Assembly (NCBI GenBank): GCA_021498095.1
Contig: JAIZWK010000001.1
Span: 4,256,768-4,288,767, forward strand
From: Candidatus Harpocratesius repetitus
GTDB lineage: Archaea > Asgardarchaeota > Lokiarchaeia > Sigyniarchaeales > Promethearchaeaceae
DNA length: 32,000 bases
Direction: 5' to 3'
This document shows, piece after piece, positions 1 through 9,030 of the stretch; position 1 is the stretch's first letter, and the number at the start of each line of letters is the position of its first letter. The translations under genes were made by a program, and so were the position numbers. Under the pieces are notes generated by a model. That model saw nothing but the letters and a program-made list of their open reading frames with translations, had not been told where the DNA came from and did no database searches.

Positions 1-300
1 ATTTACACTTTTTAGCAGTAAATTAAATAAATATGATATTTCTTTTAGACTTCTTTTTCTTACATTTTCTGAAGAAAGGGCATAAATACTTAGATACTTG
101 ATTTTAGCATCAAAAAAAGCATATAATATTTTTTTTAAAGTCTTGTAACCTTCCATATGTCCTTTTAATGTATTCTTTATACCTTGGCGTTTAATCCATC
201 TTCGATTACCATCTAAAATAATACCAACGTGTCTTGGTAATTGTTCTTTATAAAAAAGATGAATTTTTGATAAACTGTCGATTTTATCAAGTTCTTCCAT
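1..300 (-). CDS. uppS: cis-prenyltransferase (undecaprenyl/polyprenyl diphosphate synthase), N-terminal 100 aa; gene runs off the left edge; absent from the ORF track
   Basis: Manual translation of the minus strand from ATG at 300 is open to base 1: MEELDKIDSLSKIHLFYKEQLPRHVGIILDGNRRWIKRQGIKNTLKGHMEGYKTLKKILYAFFDAKIKYLSIYALSSENVRKRSLKEISYLFNLL. It contains the PxHVxIIxDGNRRW, GHxxG and YAxSxEN-xxR motifs. AAGGA lies just upstream of the ATG. Confidence 0.93.
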   Translation of the reverse strand, partial: MEELDKIDSLSKIHLFYKEQLPRHVGIILDGNRRWIKRQGIKNTLKGHMEGYKTLKKILYAFFDAKIKYLSIYALSSENVRKRSLKEISYLFNLLLKSVN

Positions 301-330
301 TTCCTTATGGTAAGAAAGGTGGGGATTTCA

Positions 331-338
331 TATAAAAG
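331..338 (-). promoter_or_regulatory. candidate archaeal TATA box for uppS
   Basis: Minus strand reads CTTTTATA(TG) about 30 nt upstream of the uppS ATG, in the 40-bp divergent gap. The AT-rich background weakens the call. Confidence 0.35.
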
Positions 339-340
339 CG

Positions 341-2962
341 ATGGATGAAATTTTGAATAAATTTGATAAACTTCGGAACTTTTTTGAAAATATGAAAAAG
401 AATTTTCAAATCCTTTTATTAGGATTATTTATTTTCGGAACGATTGGAATCATCATATTATTATATTTTACAAGTGTTATTATTATTCCAAATAATATTG
501 TTGACATAGGATTATGGATTGGATTTTGGGTATTTTGGATTGCATTAGTTAATGAAGGATTGCATTGGATTAAAAATGGAAAACGAAGTGATTGGGCAGA
601 TATCGTTGCAATCTTATTTCTATTTATTACTGTTTTTCTTATTACTAGAGATGTTCTACTTTCTTTTGTTGGAGCATTCTCAATATATTTACTCTTTGGT
701 ATTGATGAATTAAAAGAATATGAAATCTTGAACAAGATTGTTTTAATTTCAGTAATTACATACAATGTAATATTTATCGCTGGAATACTTGATGAAATTT
801 TCCAGAAGGAAGGATTCTGGCAAAATATTGCTTTTTCATTTAGTTTTTGGTTGATATTAATATTAGGATTTGCATTTTTTGGGAGAAAATACTTAGTTGT
901 TTTCCGCTTTATGAGTGTTCAATATTTAACTTTATTGCTTTATGTGGTTGCATGGTTGGTCATTGTGATGATCAATGGTATGTTTTCAATTAATTTTAAC
1001 CAATATATTTATGAAGCACTTATACTGACCAATTTAATCATCTATGCTTTCAGTGGACCATTAATTAATATCTTAATGGGTTATAAACAAGAAGATGATC
1101 CTCAATTAAATCAAATGGTGAAGGAAGTTGCTGAAAAGGTTGGCCTAAATCCAAATAAGATTCAAGTTCGATTTGGAAAATATCCAATTTTGAATGCAAT
1201 GGCTTATGGTGCATTTTGGAATATGAATATGGCAATTATTGCCCCAGATAAAAAAAGTATTCCTATTAATGAATTAAAGGGAATTATTGCACATGAATTA
1301 GGCCATTTAAAGCAGAAACATACCCTTTTTTTAACATTAGTTTCAACTGTTGAAATTATCATATTTCAATTGTTAAAATGGCCTGTTACAATGTATGATT
1401 ATGTTTTTAACAAAGAAAACCAACCTTTTGAGATGTGGGTCTTTTTATTAATTAATTTTGGAATTTCTATCTTTTTATATATTTTTGTTCGCTATCTTGA
1501 AGGTCATGCTGATAAAGTTGCAAAAACTGGAGGATATGCTTCAAGTATTTCTAAAGGGTTGTATAATTTAGAATCGTTTTATGCTACCAGTCATGAAATT
1601 GGATTAGATGCAACATTATTAAGTGATGAAAAAGTCTCTGAAAAGAATCAAATGTTGCAATATTACAGCACTGCAGTATATTTAAACAAAATGATTATAA
1701 AACCCTCTCGGGGAATCTTGATGTCAAATTTTATTAATTCTCATCCTCCTTCTTTCCATCGAATCATGATTCTTTTGGATGAAAATGGTTTTTCTCCTTT
1801 GCAAGAGTCATTTATGCCTGTTCTGTTTTTAAATCGGAAAAAAGCAAGAGAATTCTGCATTAAAACTAACGATGCACGGCAGAAATATATGGAATTGGTA
1901 AATCAGAAAATAAAAGAAAAATTTCATTTTGAAAGAATAACAGAGTTTCATAAGACTCTTCAGCAAAAGGAATTTTATAGTTATAAAATCGGAAAAACAT
2001 ATGCATTTTTAAATATTATTACAGGAGAACGTTGGATTGGTGTAATTAAGGAGATAAATTATCGAGAAAATGTAACTGAATCATTAGAGTATGATGTTGA
2101 AATTCAAAAAGAAGAGAATCAAACAGAAATAATCAAAATAAATCCATCCATTTGTAAAGAAATTCCATTATTTATCGGATCAAATTATAAATTCCGAAAA
2201 GAAGGTATCCTTAAATTGAAAAATATTGAGTTAAATGTTCTTTATGAAGGAATTCATCGACAAAAAAAGCACTTAAAAGACCCATATTATAAGTTTATCA
2301 ACACTGGAGTGGCTGTTTTTATCGATTCGAATGGTAAAGAAATAAGGAAACCTATTTTTAAAACAAAATTTCCTATACCATTTGAGCTAATTAAAGAATT
2401 TAATGGTAAAAATATATATCTCAAAAAGTCCGGAAGTTATATGGTTTTGAATGTCAAAGAATTAAAATTTGATTCTAAAGGAAAAATTTCTATTTCTTGT
2501 TTGAAGATAGACAATAAATATTTTTCAGATAATTTGCAAAAATCAGATTCACTTAATGATAATATTTATCAATTTAACTCTGAAACTCATACTATCAAAT
2601 ATGAAAAAATCTATTTCCCTGTTCATAACGATGATAAAACAAAAGCAATGGAAACTAATTTCATTAAGTTTTTGCAAAAAGAACAAATTCGAATTATAAT
2701 TGTCTTGAAAAAGGCAGTAAATAGTGAAATTGATGGAAAAATAACAAATATTGAATTTGATGAAAAATCTCGTGAATTTATTTCTAAAATTCAAGTAAAA
2801 TCAATTTTTGATGAAGAAACTAATATAAATTTAAAAAAAATCGATGGAATCTTTTTGAATGTTCCAACATTAGTCGTCCAAGATAATATGCAAATTAGTT
2901 TATTTTCGAAATTGATTAACAAAATTCAGCAAATCAATCATCCAGAAAAAATTTTCATATAA
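341..2962 (+). CDS. M48-family (HtpX/Ste24-like) membrane zinc metalloprotease with extra N-terminal TM helices and a ~400-aa soluble C-terminal extension
   Basis: About 8-10 hydrophobic segments; LNAMAYG; GIIAHELGH (HExxH); YLEGHADKVA (third ligand ExxAD); NSHPPSFHRI (SHP-x-x-x-x-R). The start could be ATG 392. Confidence 0.88.
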   Translation: MDEILNKFDKLRNFFENMKKNFQILLLGLFIFGTIGIIILLYFTSVIIIPNNIVDIGLWIGFWVFWIALVNEGLHWIKNGKRSDWADIVAILFLFITVFLITRDVLLSFVGAFSIYLLFGIDELKEYEILNKIVLISVITYNVIFIAGILDEIFQKEGFWQNIAFSFSFWLILILGFAFFGRKYLVVFRFMSVQYLTLLLYVVAWLVIVMINGMFSINFNQYIYEALILTNLIIYAFSGPLINILMGYKQEDDPQLNQMVKEVAEKVGLNPNKIQVRFGKYPILNAMAYGAFWNMNMAIIAPDKKSIPINELKGIIAHELGHLKQKHTLFLTLVSTVEIIIFQLLKWPVTMYDYVFNKENQPFEMWVFLLINFGISIFLYIFVRYLEGHADKVAKTGGYASSISKGLYNLESFYATSHEIGLDATLLSDEKVSEKNQMLQYYSTAVYLNKMIIKPSRGILMSNFINSHPPSFHRIMILLDENGFSPLQESFMPVLFLNRKKAREFCIKTNDARQKYMELVNQKIKEKFHFERITEFHKTLQQKEFYSYKIGKTYAFLNIITGERWIGVIKEINYRENVTESLEYDVEIQKEENQTEIIKINPSICKEIPLFIGSNYKFRKEGILKLKNIELNVLYEGIHRQKKHLKDPYYKFINTGVAVFIDSNGKEIRKPIFKTKFPIPFELIKEFNGKNIYLKKSGSYMVLNVKELKFDSKGKISISCLKIDNKYFSDNLQKSDSLNDNIYQFNSETHTIKYEKIYFPVHNDDKTKAMETNFIKFLQKEQIRIIIVLKKAVNSEIDGKITNIEFDEKSREFISKIQVKSIFDEETNINLKKIDGIFLNVPTLVVQDNMQISLFSKLINKIQQINHPEKIFI

Positions 2963-3008
2963 ATCTTTAGGTTACATTCGAGATATGATTAAAAAAAGAG
3001 GAAATCAA

Positions 3009-3947
3009 ATGCAGATTAATTGGTGTGAAAAAACTCTTGGAATAATTCGATTAATGAGAGTTCAACAATATTATAAAAATTTAATAATTCTAGTCGGAAT
3101 TTTTTTTGCAGGAGAATTATTTAATTTTTCTCTTTATCCTCGAATCTTTTTTGGATTTTTAATTTTGTGCCTAACTTCTTCAATTATTTATATTTTAAAT
3201 GATATAAGAGATAAAGAAGCAGATACATTTCATCCTGAAAAGAAAAAATCCCGGCCATTAGCATCAGGCATTCTATCTGTAAAATTTGCATGGATTTTGG
3301 TAATTCTTTTAATTCTTTTCATTGGATATATTGCTATATTATTTGCCGATGTTTTTTCATTAATGTTAGGTCTGATGCTTGCTAATGGATTGCTATATAA
3401 TTATTTCTTGAAAGATATTGCATTTGCAGACATTATTAGCTTAAGTACCATATACATTTGGCGCGCTCTTGCTGGATGTGTTCTTATAGATGTTACAATA
3501 TCTCCGTGGTTAACAATTGCAGTTTTTCTTACTGCTTTATTTTTAGCCACTGGTAAAAGAATTGCAGATTTATCTTTAATGGGAAAAAAATCTGCTAATA
3601 ATCACAAAAAAACATACAACGAATACTCAGCTGATTTATTGGATAAATTTTTAATTATTATAGCCACTAGTTTATTTGTTGTTTACACTTTATATTGTGT
3701 TTTAGGTCCTACAGAATCAGACTCAATTCTTGACTTAAAAAACAATTTACTTATTTACAGCACACCTATTGCATTATTTTTAATATTCCGTTTTATATAT
3801 ATTATAAAATTTAAGCCCGAAATTGCTCGAAAAGCCCATAAATTAATTCACGACAAAGAGATGCTTATCGCTGGAATTTTTTTTGGCTTATTAATATTAA
3901 GCATTTTCTATTTAAATCTCGATGGTGTTAATTTCTTGAAATTTTAA
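3009..3947 (+). CDS. UbiA-superfamily prenyltransferase, decaprenyl-phosphate phosphoribosyltransferase (DPPR synthase)-like
   Basis: MRVQQYYKNL (cf. RPxQWxKN), YILNDIRDKEADTFHPEKKKSRPLASG (NDxxD...HPxKxxRPxASG), YNYFLKDIAFADII, GKRIADL, multiple TM helices. ATG 3009 follows AGAGGA; the ORF track starts at 2985. Confidence 0.85.
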   Translation: MQINWCEKTLGIIRLMRVQQYYKNLIILVGIFFAGELFNFSLYPRIFFGFLILCLTSSIIYILNDIRDKEADTFHPEKKKSRPLASGILSVKFAWILVILLILFIGYIAILFADVFSLMLGLMLANGLLYNYFLKDIAFADIISLSTIYIWRALAGCVLIDVTISPWLTIAVFLTALFLATGKRIADLSLMGKKSANNHKKTYNEYSADLLDKFLIIIATSLFVVYTLYCVLGPTESDSILDLKNNLLIYSTPIALFLIFRFIYIIKFKPEIARKAHKLIHDKEMLIAGIFFGLLILSIFYLNLDGVNFLKF

Positions 3948-3958
3948 ATTCTAAAAAT

Positions 3959-5158
3959 GTGGATATGAGAATTATGACTTGGAAAGAATTAGGAAAAGTA
4001 TATATAAAAAAAGTAAGACCCGAAACAATACTGGATGATTATGCCCAGTTAATGGATTTAATGAAATATTCTAAATATTTTAGACCTGAACAAAAAACAT
4101 TAGTCAAGCTTAATCTTTCTTGGAGTAAATTTTTTCCTGCATGTTCCTCCCCTCCCTGGCAAGTTGAAGGAGTCTTAAAAAAATTACGAAATGATGGATT
4201 CAGTGGAAGAAATATTTATACATGTGAAAATCGCACTGTAGTAACGAATATTGCTAAAGGTTTAAAAGGAAATAAATGGGAACCAATTATTAATAAATAC
4301 AATACTTTTTTTATTCCATTAACCCGTGTGAAGTTTGTTCCATTCAAAAGTAAAATTCCTTTGAAAGTTCTTGATTCAAAGGTTTTTCCGAATGGTTTTT
4401 CCATACCTCAAGTTTATATTGGGAAAAATATGATTCACCTACCAACATTTAAAACTCACGGACATACAGGTGCAAAAGGTGGAGAATTCGGAAAAGATAA
4501 CCCTGAATCTGCAGGTGGAATTACCTGTTCAATAAAAAATTCCTTTGGAGGTTTATTAACAACGCGCCGCCATTTTGCGCATCAATATATGAGTGAAGTG
4601 CTTCATGATTTATTAGCCATCCAAAAACAAATACATCCTAATATTATGGCTCTCGTTGATGGAACTGTGGCTGGAGATGGTGCAGGACCACGTTGTATGA
4701 TTCCACGCATAAAAAATACGATCCTTGGTGGATATGATCAAGTCGCTGTAGATGCCATGGTGGCAAAAATTATGGGATTTGATCCTATGAAATTACCATT
4801 TATTAAAATGTGTCATGATTCTGGTTTTGGAATAGGAGATCCGGACCAAATCGAAGTTATTGGAGATGTAGAAGCATCAAAGGAAAATTGGCATTTTAAG
4901 GTTAATCGTAGCTTAGTCATTTGGGGAGATCAACAAGTACGCAAAGGAAAATTGAAATTTTTAGAGCCTTTGATGCATACTTTCTTATTTAAATTAGGAC
5001 CAGTAATGCTCTCTAGTATATATCATGATCTTTTCTGGTATAACACTGTTGGAATGAAAAGAATTAAAAAATATATGCAAACTGAATGGGGACAGCTTTT
5101 CCAAAAATATCCCAATAAGGATCCTCAATCAAAATTAAATCATCTAAGAGAAGAGTGA
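3959..5158 (+). CDS. DUF362-family protein
   Basis: LVKLNLSW, PTFKTH...KNSFGG, ALVDGTVAGDGAGP and DQVAVDAMVAKIMGFDP are typical DUF362 motifs. Start is GTG 3959 or ATG 3965. Confidence 0.8.
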   Translation: MDMRIMTWKELGKVYIKKVRPETILDDYAQLMDLMKYSKYFRPEQKTLVKLNLSWSKFFPACSSPPWQVEGVLKKLRNDGFSGRNIYTCENRTVVTNIAKGLKGNKWEPIINKYNTFFIPLTRVKFVPFKSKIPLKVLDSKVFPNGFSIPQVYIGKNMIHLPTFKTHGHTGAKGGEFGKDNPESAGGITCSIKNSFGGLLTTRRHFAHQYMSEVLHDLLAIQKQIHPNIMALVDGTVAGDGAGPRCMIPRIKNTILGGYDQVAVDAMVAKIMGFDPMKLPFIKMCHDSGFGIGDPDQIEVIGDVEASKENWHFKVNRSLVIWGDQQVRKGKLKFLEPLMHTFLFKLGPVMLSSIYHDLFWYNTVGMKRIKKYMQTEWGQLFQKYPNKDPQSKLNHLREE

Positions 5159-5177
5159 ATTGAACAAAACTAATCGG

Positions 5178-5861
5178 TTAATTCGCTTTTTTTTTATTCT
5201 TCTTTGAAGAGAATAAATGTCCTGTTCGTCTTCCTATAAACATCGCTGCTTTTTCATGTTTTGATGATACTTTATTTATACCATTATAAGGCTTTTTTGA
5301 AGTCGAAGTTTCATTTACAATGAAAATATCTGATTGATTTTTGATTTTTTCACCTTGTAATAGATGATTGATATATTGATCTGTTAATTCAATTACTCCA
5401 TCTCCAATTTTAATAACTTTTCTTTTAGTAGGAAAAGTTTGGAATGAAGTTATGATATATTGTCGTAATTCAGCAAGATTTGATATTTCACGACTATAAA
5501 CGAAAACTCCATCAAAAAATATTGCAACACCTGTCATTCGGCGACCTGGATCGATCCCAATTGTTAGAGTGTGAAATGATATTAAATTTTTTGAATATTG
5601 AAGGGCTTTTAACAGAATTTGATCAGGTGAATCTTCTTGTGATACTTCTAAAATGTGAATTGAAGATCTTATAATTGCTGAAGTTTCTTTAAGTTCTTCT
5701 TTTGTAGTAATTAAAACACGTAAGGATCGATGAATTTTTGAAAGATTATCAAGAGCGATAAATGGGATCTCTTCATTTCTAAATTTATGTGTAATTAAAT
5801 AAAATAATTTTGCATCATGCATATATACACATATATCAACCAAATTATCACCCTGAATCAA
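5178..5861 (-). CDS. RNase H-fold (YqgF/RuvX-like) putative nuclease with an N-terminal extension
   Basis: LTIGIDPGRRMTGVAIF, IKIGDG, IVNETSTS and HEKAAMFIG match the YqgF-like motif order. TTG start is uncertain. Confidence 0.65.
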   Translation of the reverse strand: MIQGDNLVDICVYMHDAKLFYLITHKFRNEEIPFIALDNLSKIHRSLRVLITTKEELKETSAIIRSSIHILEVSQEDSPDQILLKALQYSKNLISFHTLTIGIDPGRRMTGVAIFFDGVFVYSREISNLAELRQYIITSFQTFPTKRKVIKIGDGVIELTDQYINHLLQGEKIKNQSDIFIVNETSTSKKPYNGINKVSSKHEKAAMFIGRRTGHLFSSKKNKKKAN

Positions 5862-5933
5862 TAAAACAATAACAATAACTTTAACATATTCTTTATTGCT
5901 AATATAATGTAATAAAATGCGATGAAATAAAAA

Positions 5934-6740
5934 ATGGTATCAACTCAAAATATCAAAAACACAACTGTATATGATTTATACTCCATTATATTAAATAATC
6001 CTTTAATATACATGTTTTGGGGCGATTCTGGAGTTGGGAAAACCACTATTTCATTGCAAATTGCAAAATTCATAATGAAGCGCCAAGATGCAAAAGTTCT
6101 TTATCTTAATACGAAAGAAACTCTTAATTTAAAACTGATTTCCAGATTATTTGGAATCGATACTAACTCTACAGTATTAAATGAAATTGAAATTGAAAAT
6201 ACAAAGAATAGAACAGAAACAACAAAGATAATGGATGGAACCAATAAAAACAATAAAATTAAAGATTTACAATTTTATTATTTCCATTATACTACAGTTA
6301 AATCCCAATATGAGTGTATTACACGCTGGATGCTCCAGATTCAACAATATATTCGGTTATTTGGTAAAAATAATGTGAAATTGATTATTATTGATGAAAT
6401 TACCAGCAGTTATTTGGTTGAAATGCGAAAAGATCAAACAAATGAAAATCTAAATTATAAAATGCTCCTTATCCTGAGCACATTAAAAAAAATAGTAGAA
6501 ACTTATCAGATACCCATTATTTTGTTGAATACATTCACTATTAAGGAAACCCCAGATCTGCAAAAAACCATAGCAGTTCCGCATGGAGGAAAAATTCTTG
6601 ATTTTTGGATAGATTTTGAAATTAAAATGACTCGCGTACCTTTACTGCAGGTAATTAATTTTGAAATAAAGAAAAATCTTCCCAATTTTCCGTTGCTTAA
6701 ATCTTGGAAATGGAAAATAAATTTCGCTGGTTTTCAATAA
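5934..6740 (+). CDS. RecA-superfamily ATPase, RadB-like paralog
   Basis: Walker A GDSGVGKT, KVLYLNTKE, Walker B LIIIDE, GGKILDFW (cf. RadB GGxxLxHW). No N-terminal RadA domain. Confidence 0.75.
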   Translation: MVSTQNIKNTTVYDLYSIILNNPLIYMFWGDSGVGKTTISLQIAKFIMKRQDAKVLYLNTKETLNLKLISRLFGIDTNSTVLNEIEIENTKNRTETTKIMDGTNKNNKIKDLQFYYFHYTTVKSQYECITRWMLQIQQYIRLFGKNNVKLIIIDEITSSYLVEMRKDQTNENLNYKMLLILSTLKKIVETYQIPIILLNTFTIKETPDLQKTIAVPHGGKILDFWIDFEIKMTRVPLLQVINFEIKKNLPNFPLLKSWKWKINFAGFQ

Positions 6741-6807
6741 TTCTAAATGTAGAACATTTAAATTTTCTAATAAAAAAATTAGTTTTCTATATGCTTTAAG
6801 TAGATTT

Positions 6808-8058
6808 TTAAGTGCTTGAATTATTTACTAAGGAGATTTCTTTTAGTATTGCTTTTAATCCGTGAATACTGATATCTGATTTAATTGCATGTGGTTCAAT
6901 ATGTGTTCGTGAGAATTGAAAACCTTTACTAATAATTTTTTCTTCAATTGTTTTCATGCTTGGAACTGAAACTTGAAGAATATCACATATTTTATGGATA
7001 TCATAATATCCTAAAGGTAATTGATTTTCTTCTCTTACAATTTTTAATGTTCGTTCGATTCTGGATTTTGAAGGAATAATATCCTTTGAATTTGCTTCTG
7101 CTTGATTGATACAATTTAAAACAAAAGATTCATCATGAAGATCGCCAATCCATAATGGTCCTCCAAATTTTAAAGAGCATCCACAATTAGGACATTTTTT
7201 AGGGATTTCTAAAATATTAAGACTAAACTTTTCCCGCCAATCACAATTAGAACACCAAACAATATATCCGATATTTTTCAAATTCAATTGAACTGCTTCT
7301 TTTCCTTTTTCAATTTGCACAAAGACACGGATGTAATGATCAAAACTAAGGGATAATAAGGGTTTTATTGCTTTCATCCAAGGATGTGTGCTTTTTGCAA
7401 TATAATAAAGAAGAATCCGCAGACCTACTTCTTTTGAAAATGTAGATCGTAGCGAACTTACATTATATTTTCTTAAACAAGCATCTGGTCGAACACCAAA
7501 AAGCACTGGAGTATCTGTTGCTGTTACACCTAATAATCCTTTTTTTTCGACAGCGCGAATTGCCGATTGAATGAAAATATTGGGTGTCCCAAATGGATCG
7601 ATATCAATAATGCTAAAAAGATCCCTTTTAGCTGTATAATGAGCCATTAGCGGAATACAATCTTGATTCTCAATTTGAATTTTTATAGGGAGATTGTTTA
7701 GTTCAATGTTTTTTTTGATAAGTCCAATTGCTAAAGGATTTATGTCATTAGCGGTAATACTTAACGGTTTTTCTAAGTAATTTGCCAATCTTAATGAACG
7801 AATTCCTGAAGCTGCCATTGTATCCAAAATTTTTAATGTTTTTTCTTCATTCACTAGTTTCCATAAAGTTTGGAATGCACGATAAGCAATTAAGGTGATT
7901 GATCGGTTAATTTCTTGAACTGGATTATAAAAAACGGGCATAGATTTTAATAATGCTTTTCCACCATTTGAATATTCATCAGATGAATAAGAATAAAATC
8001 GTAATCCACCTTCTTCAGCGATAGATATATTAGAATCTAATCCTTTGTTACTGCCCAT
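6808..8058 (-). CDS. trm1: tRNA (guanine26-N2)-dimethyltransferase
   Basis: VFYNPVQEINRS, LDTMAASGIRSLR, NDINP, IDIDPFGTP, VTATD, GLRIL, CxxC...CxxC zinc ribbon, GGPLWIGDLHD. Confidence 0.95.
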   Translation of the reverse strand: MGSNKGLDSNISIAEEGGLRFYSYSSDEYSNGGKALLKSMPVFYNPVQEINRSITLIAYRAFQTLWKLVNEEKTLKILDTMAASGIRSLRLANYLEKPLSITANDINPLAIGLIKKNIELNNLPIKIQIENQDCIPLMAHYTAKRDLFSIIDIDPFGTPNIFIQSAIRAVEKKGLLGVTATDTPVLFGVRPDACLRKYNVSSLRSTFSKEVGLRILLYYIAKSTHPWMKAIKPLLSLSFDHYIRVFVQIEKGKEAVQLNLKNIGYIVWCSNCDWREKFSLNILEIPKKCPNCGCSLKFGGPLWIGDLHDESFVLNCINQAEANSKDIIPSKSRIERTLKIVREENQLPLGYYDIHKICDILQVSVPSMKTIEEKIISKGFQFSRTHIEPHAIKSDISIHGLKAILKEISLVNNSST

Positions 8059-8068
8059 TATACTAATA

Positions 8069-8959
8069 TCAATTAATCGTTATTTTAAACGATGTGCAAT
8101 TTTGAGGAATAACAAAAATCTCGACAACTACATGATATTCGTGAGGTTTATAATTTTTCACAATTCTCCGCTCTTTTAGTTCACAAAAATAACCGTATTT
8201 TGAAGTAATAGAAGAGAATTCATCAAATAAACGTGTGGATTCTTTTTTATCTATCCCTTCGTAGATGATTAATGTTCCTTCTGGTTTAACTGCAGATAAG
8301 GCTGCAGGAATAGCATCTGTTGGAGCAGGTAACAACCCCATAATGATTCTATCGGCAAAAATCCCTTCACTCGCAAGTTTTGGTACAATCTCGCGACAAT
8401 CTCCAAAAATTGGTTCGATAATATCTGAAACTTTATTTAATCGGATATTTTCTTGTAGATAATGAAACGCAGTTGGATTCCATTCTATAGAGTATATTTT
8501 TTTCGGACGCCGTGTTTTAGCCATACCTAATGAAAAATAACCAATACCGGTAAACATATCAATTATTATCTCTCCTTTTTGGACTTTTTTTGGAACTCGA
8601 TTTCGTTCAGTAGCATTTCCTTTGGCAAACATTATTTTTGTAAAATCGAATTTATATCGAACATTATTTTCTGTAATAATTACCTCTGTAGATTGGTCTC
8701 CCCATAAATGAACCAATCCTGCAGGTTCTCGGTATTGTCCTTCGATTTCGCCTTTCCGATTCCAAACTGCTTCAACATTTTGTAAAATTTGAGGTATATA
8801 CTCAGCAATTTGTACAGCATATGGTTCGATTTTTGGATGTAATTTTAATATTATGCGATGATTTAAATCTTGAAAACCTCTGGGAACAAAATCCAACAGT
8901 TCTTTAGGAATAATTCCTTTTTCGCTTAATTTTGCTTGAAGTAACTGTTTAAATCGCAT
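8069..8959 (-). CDS. taw2: Trm5/Taw2 (TYW2)-family tRNA wyosine-pathway SAM-dependent transferase, closest in motif pattern to Taw2
   Basis: FDFTKIMFAKGNATER, DMFTGIGYFSL, EWNPTAFHYLQENIRLNKV, ADRIIMG, VKNYKPHEYHVVVE. Start moved to ATG 8959 (MRFKQ), which removes the overlap with ung. Confidence 0.8.
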   Translation of the reverse strand: MRFKQLLQAKLSEKGIIPKELLDFVPRGFQDLNHRIILKLHPKIEPYAVQIAEYIPQILQNVEAVWNRKGEIEGQYREPAGLVHLWGDQSTEVIITENNVRYKFDFTKIMFAKGNATERNRVPKKVQKGEIIIDMFTGIGYFSLGMAKTRRPKKIYSIEWNPTAFHYLQENIRLNKVSDIIEPIFGDCREIVPKLASEGIFADRIIMGLLPAPTDAIPAALSAVKPEGTLIIYEGIDKKESTRLFDEFSSITSKYGYFCELKERRIVKNYKPHEYHVVVEIFVIPQNCTSFKITIN

Positions 8960-9030
8960 GAACACCAACTGAGATGGTGAATGCACAAAAAGAGAAAAAA
9001 TTTTTGCTAAAAAATAATTCTTTTTCAATT

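Noticed and set aside
6744-6760. TAAATGT-aga-ACATTTA hairpin between the convergent RadB-like and trm1 genes
   Set aside because: Only a 7-bp AT-rich stem; too weak to call a terminator.
8960-9030. Apparent head-to-head overlap of taw2 (to 9028) and ung (from 8974)
   Set aside because: An artefact of longest-ORF calling. Homology-consistent starts at 8959 and 9031 leave a normal 71-bp divergent promoter.
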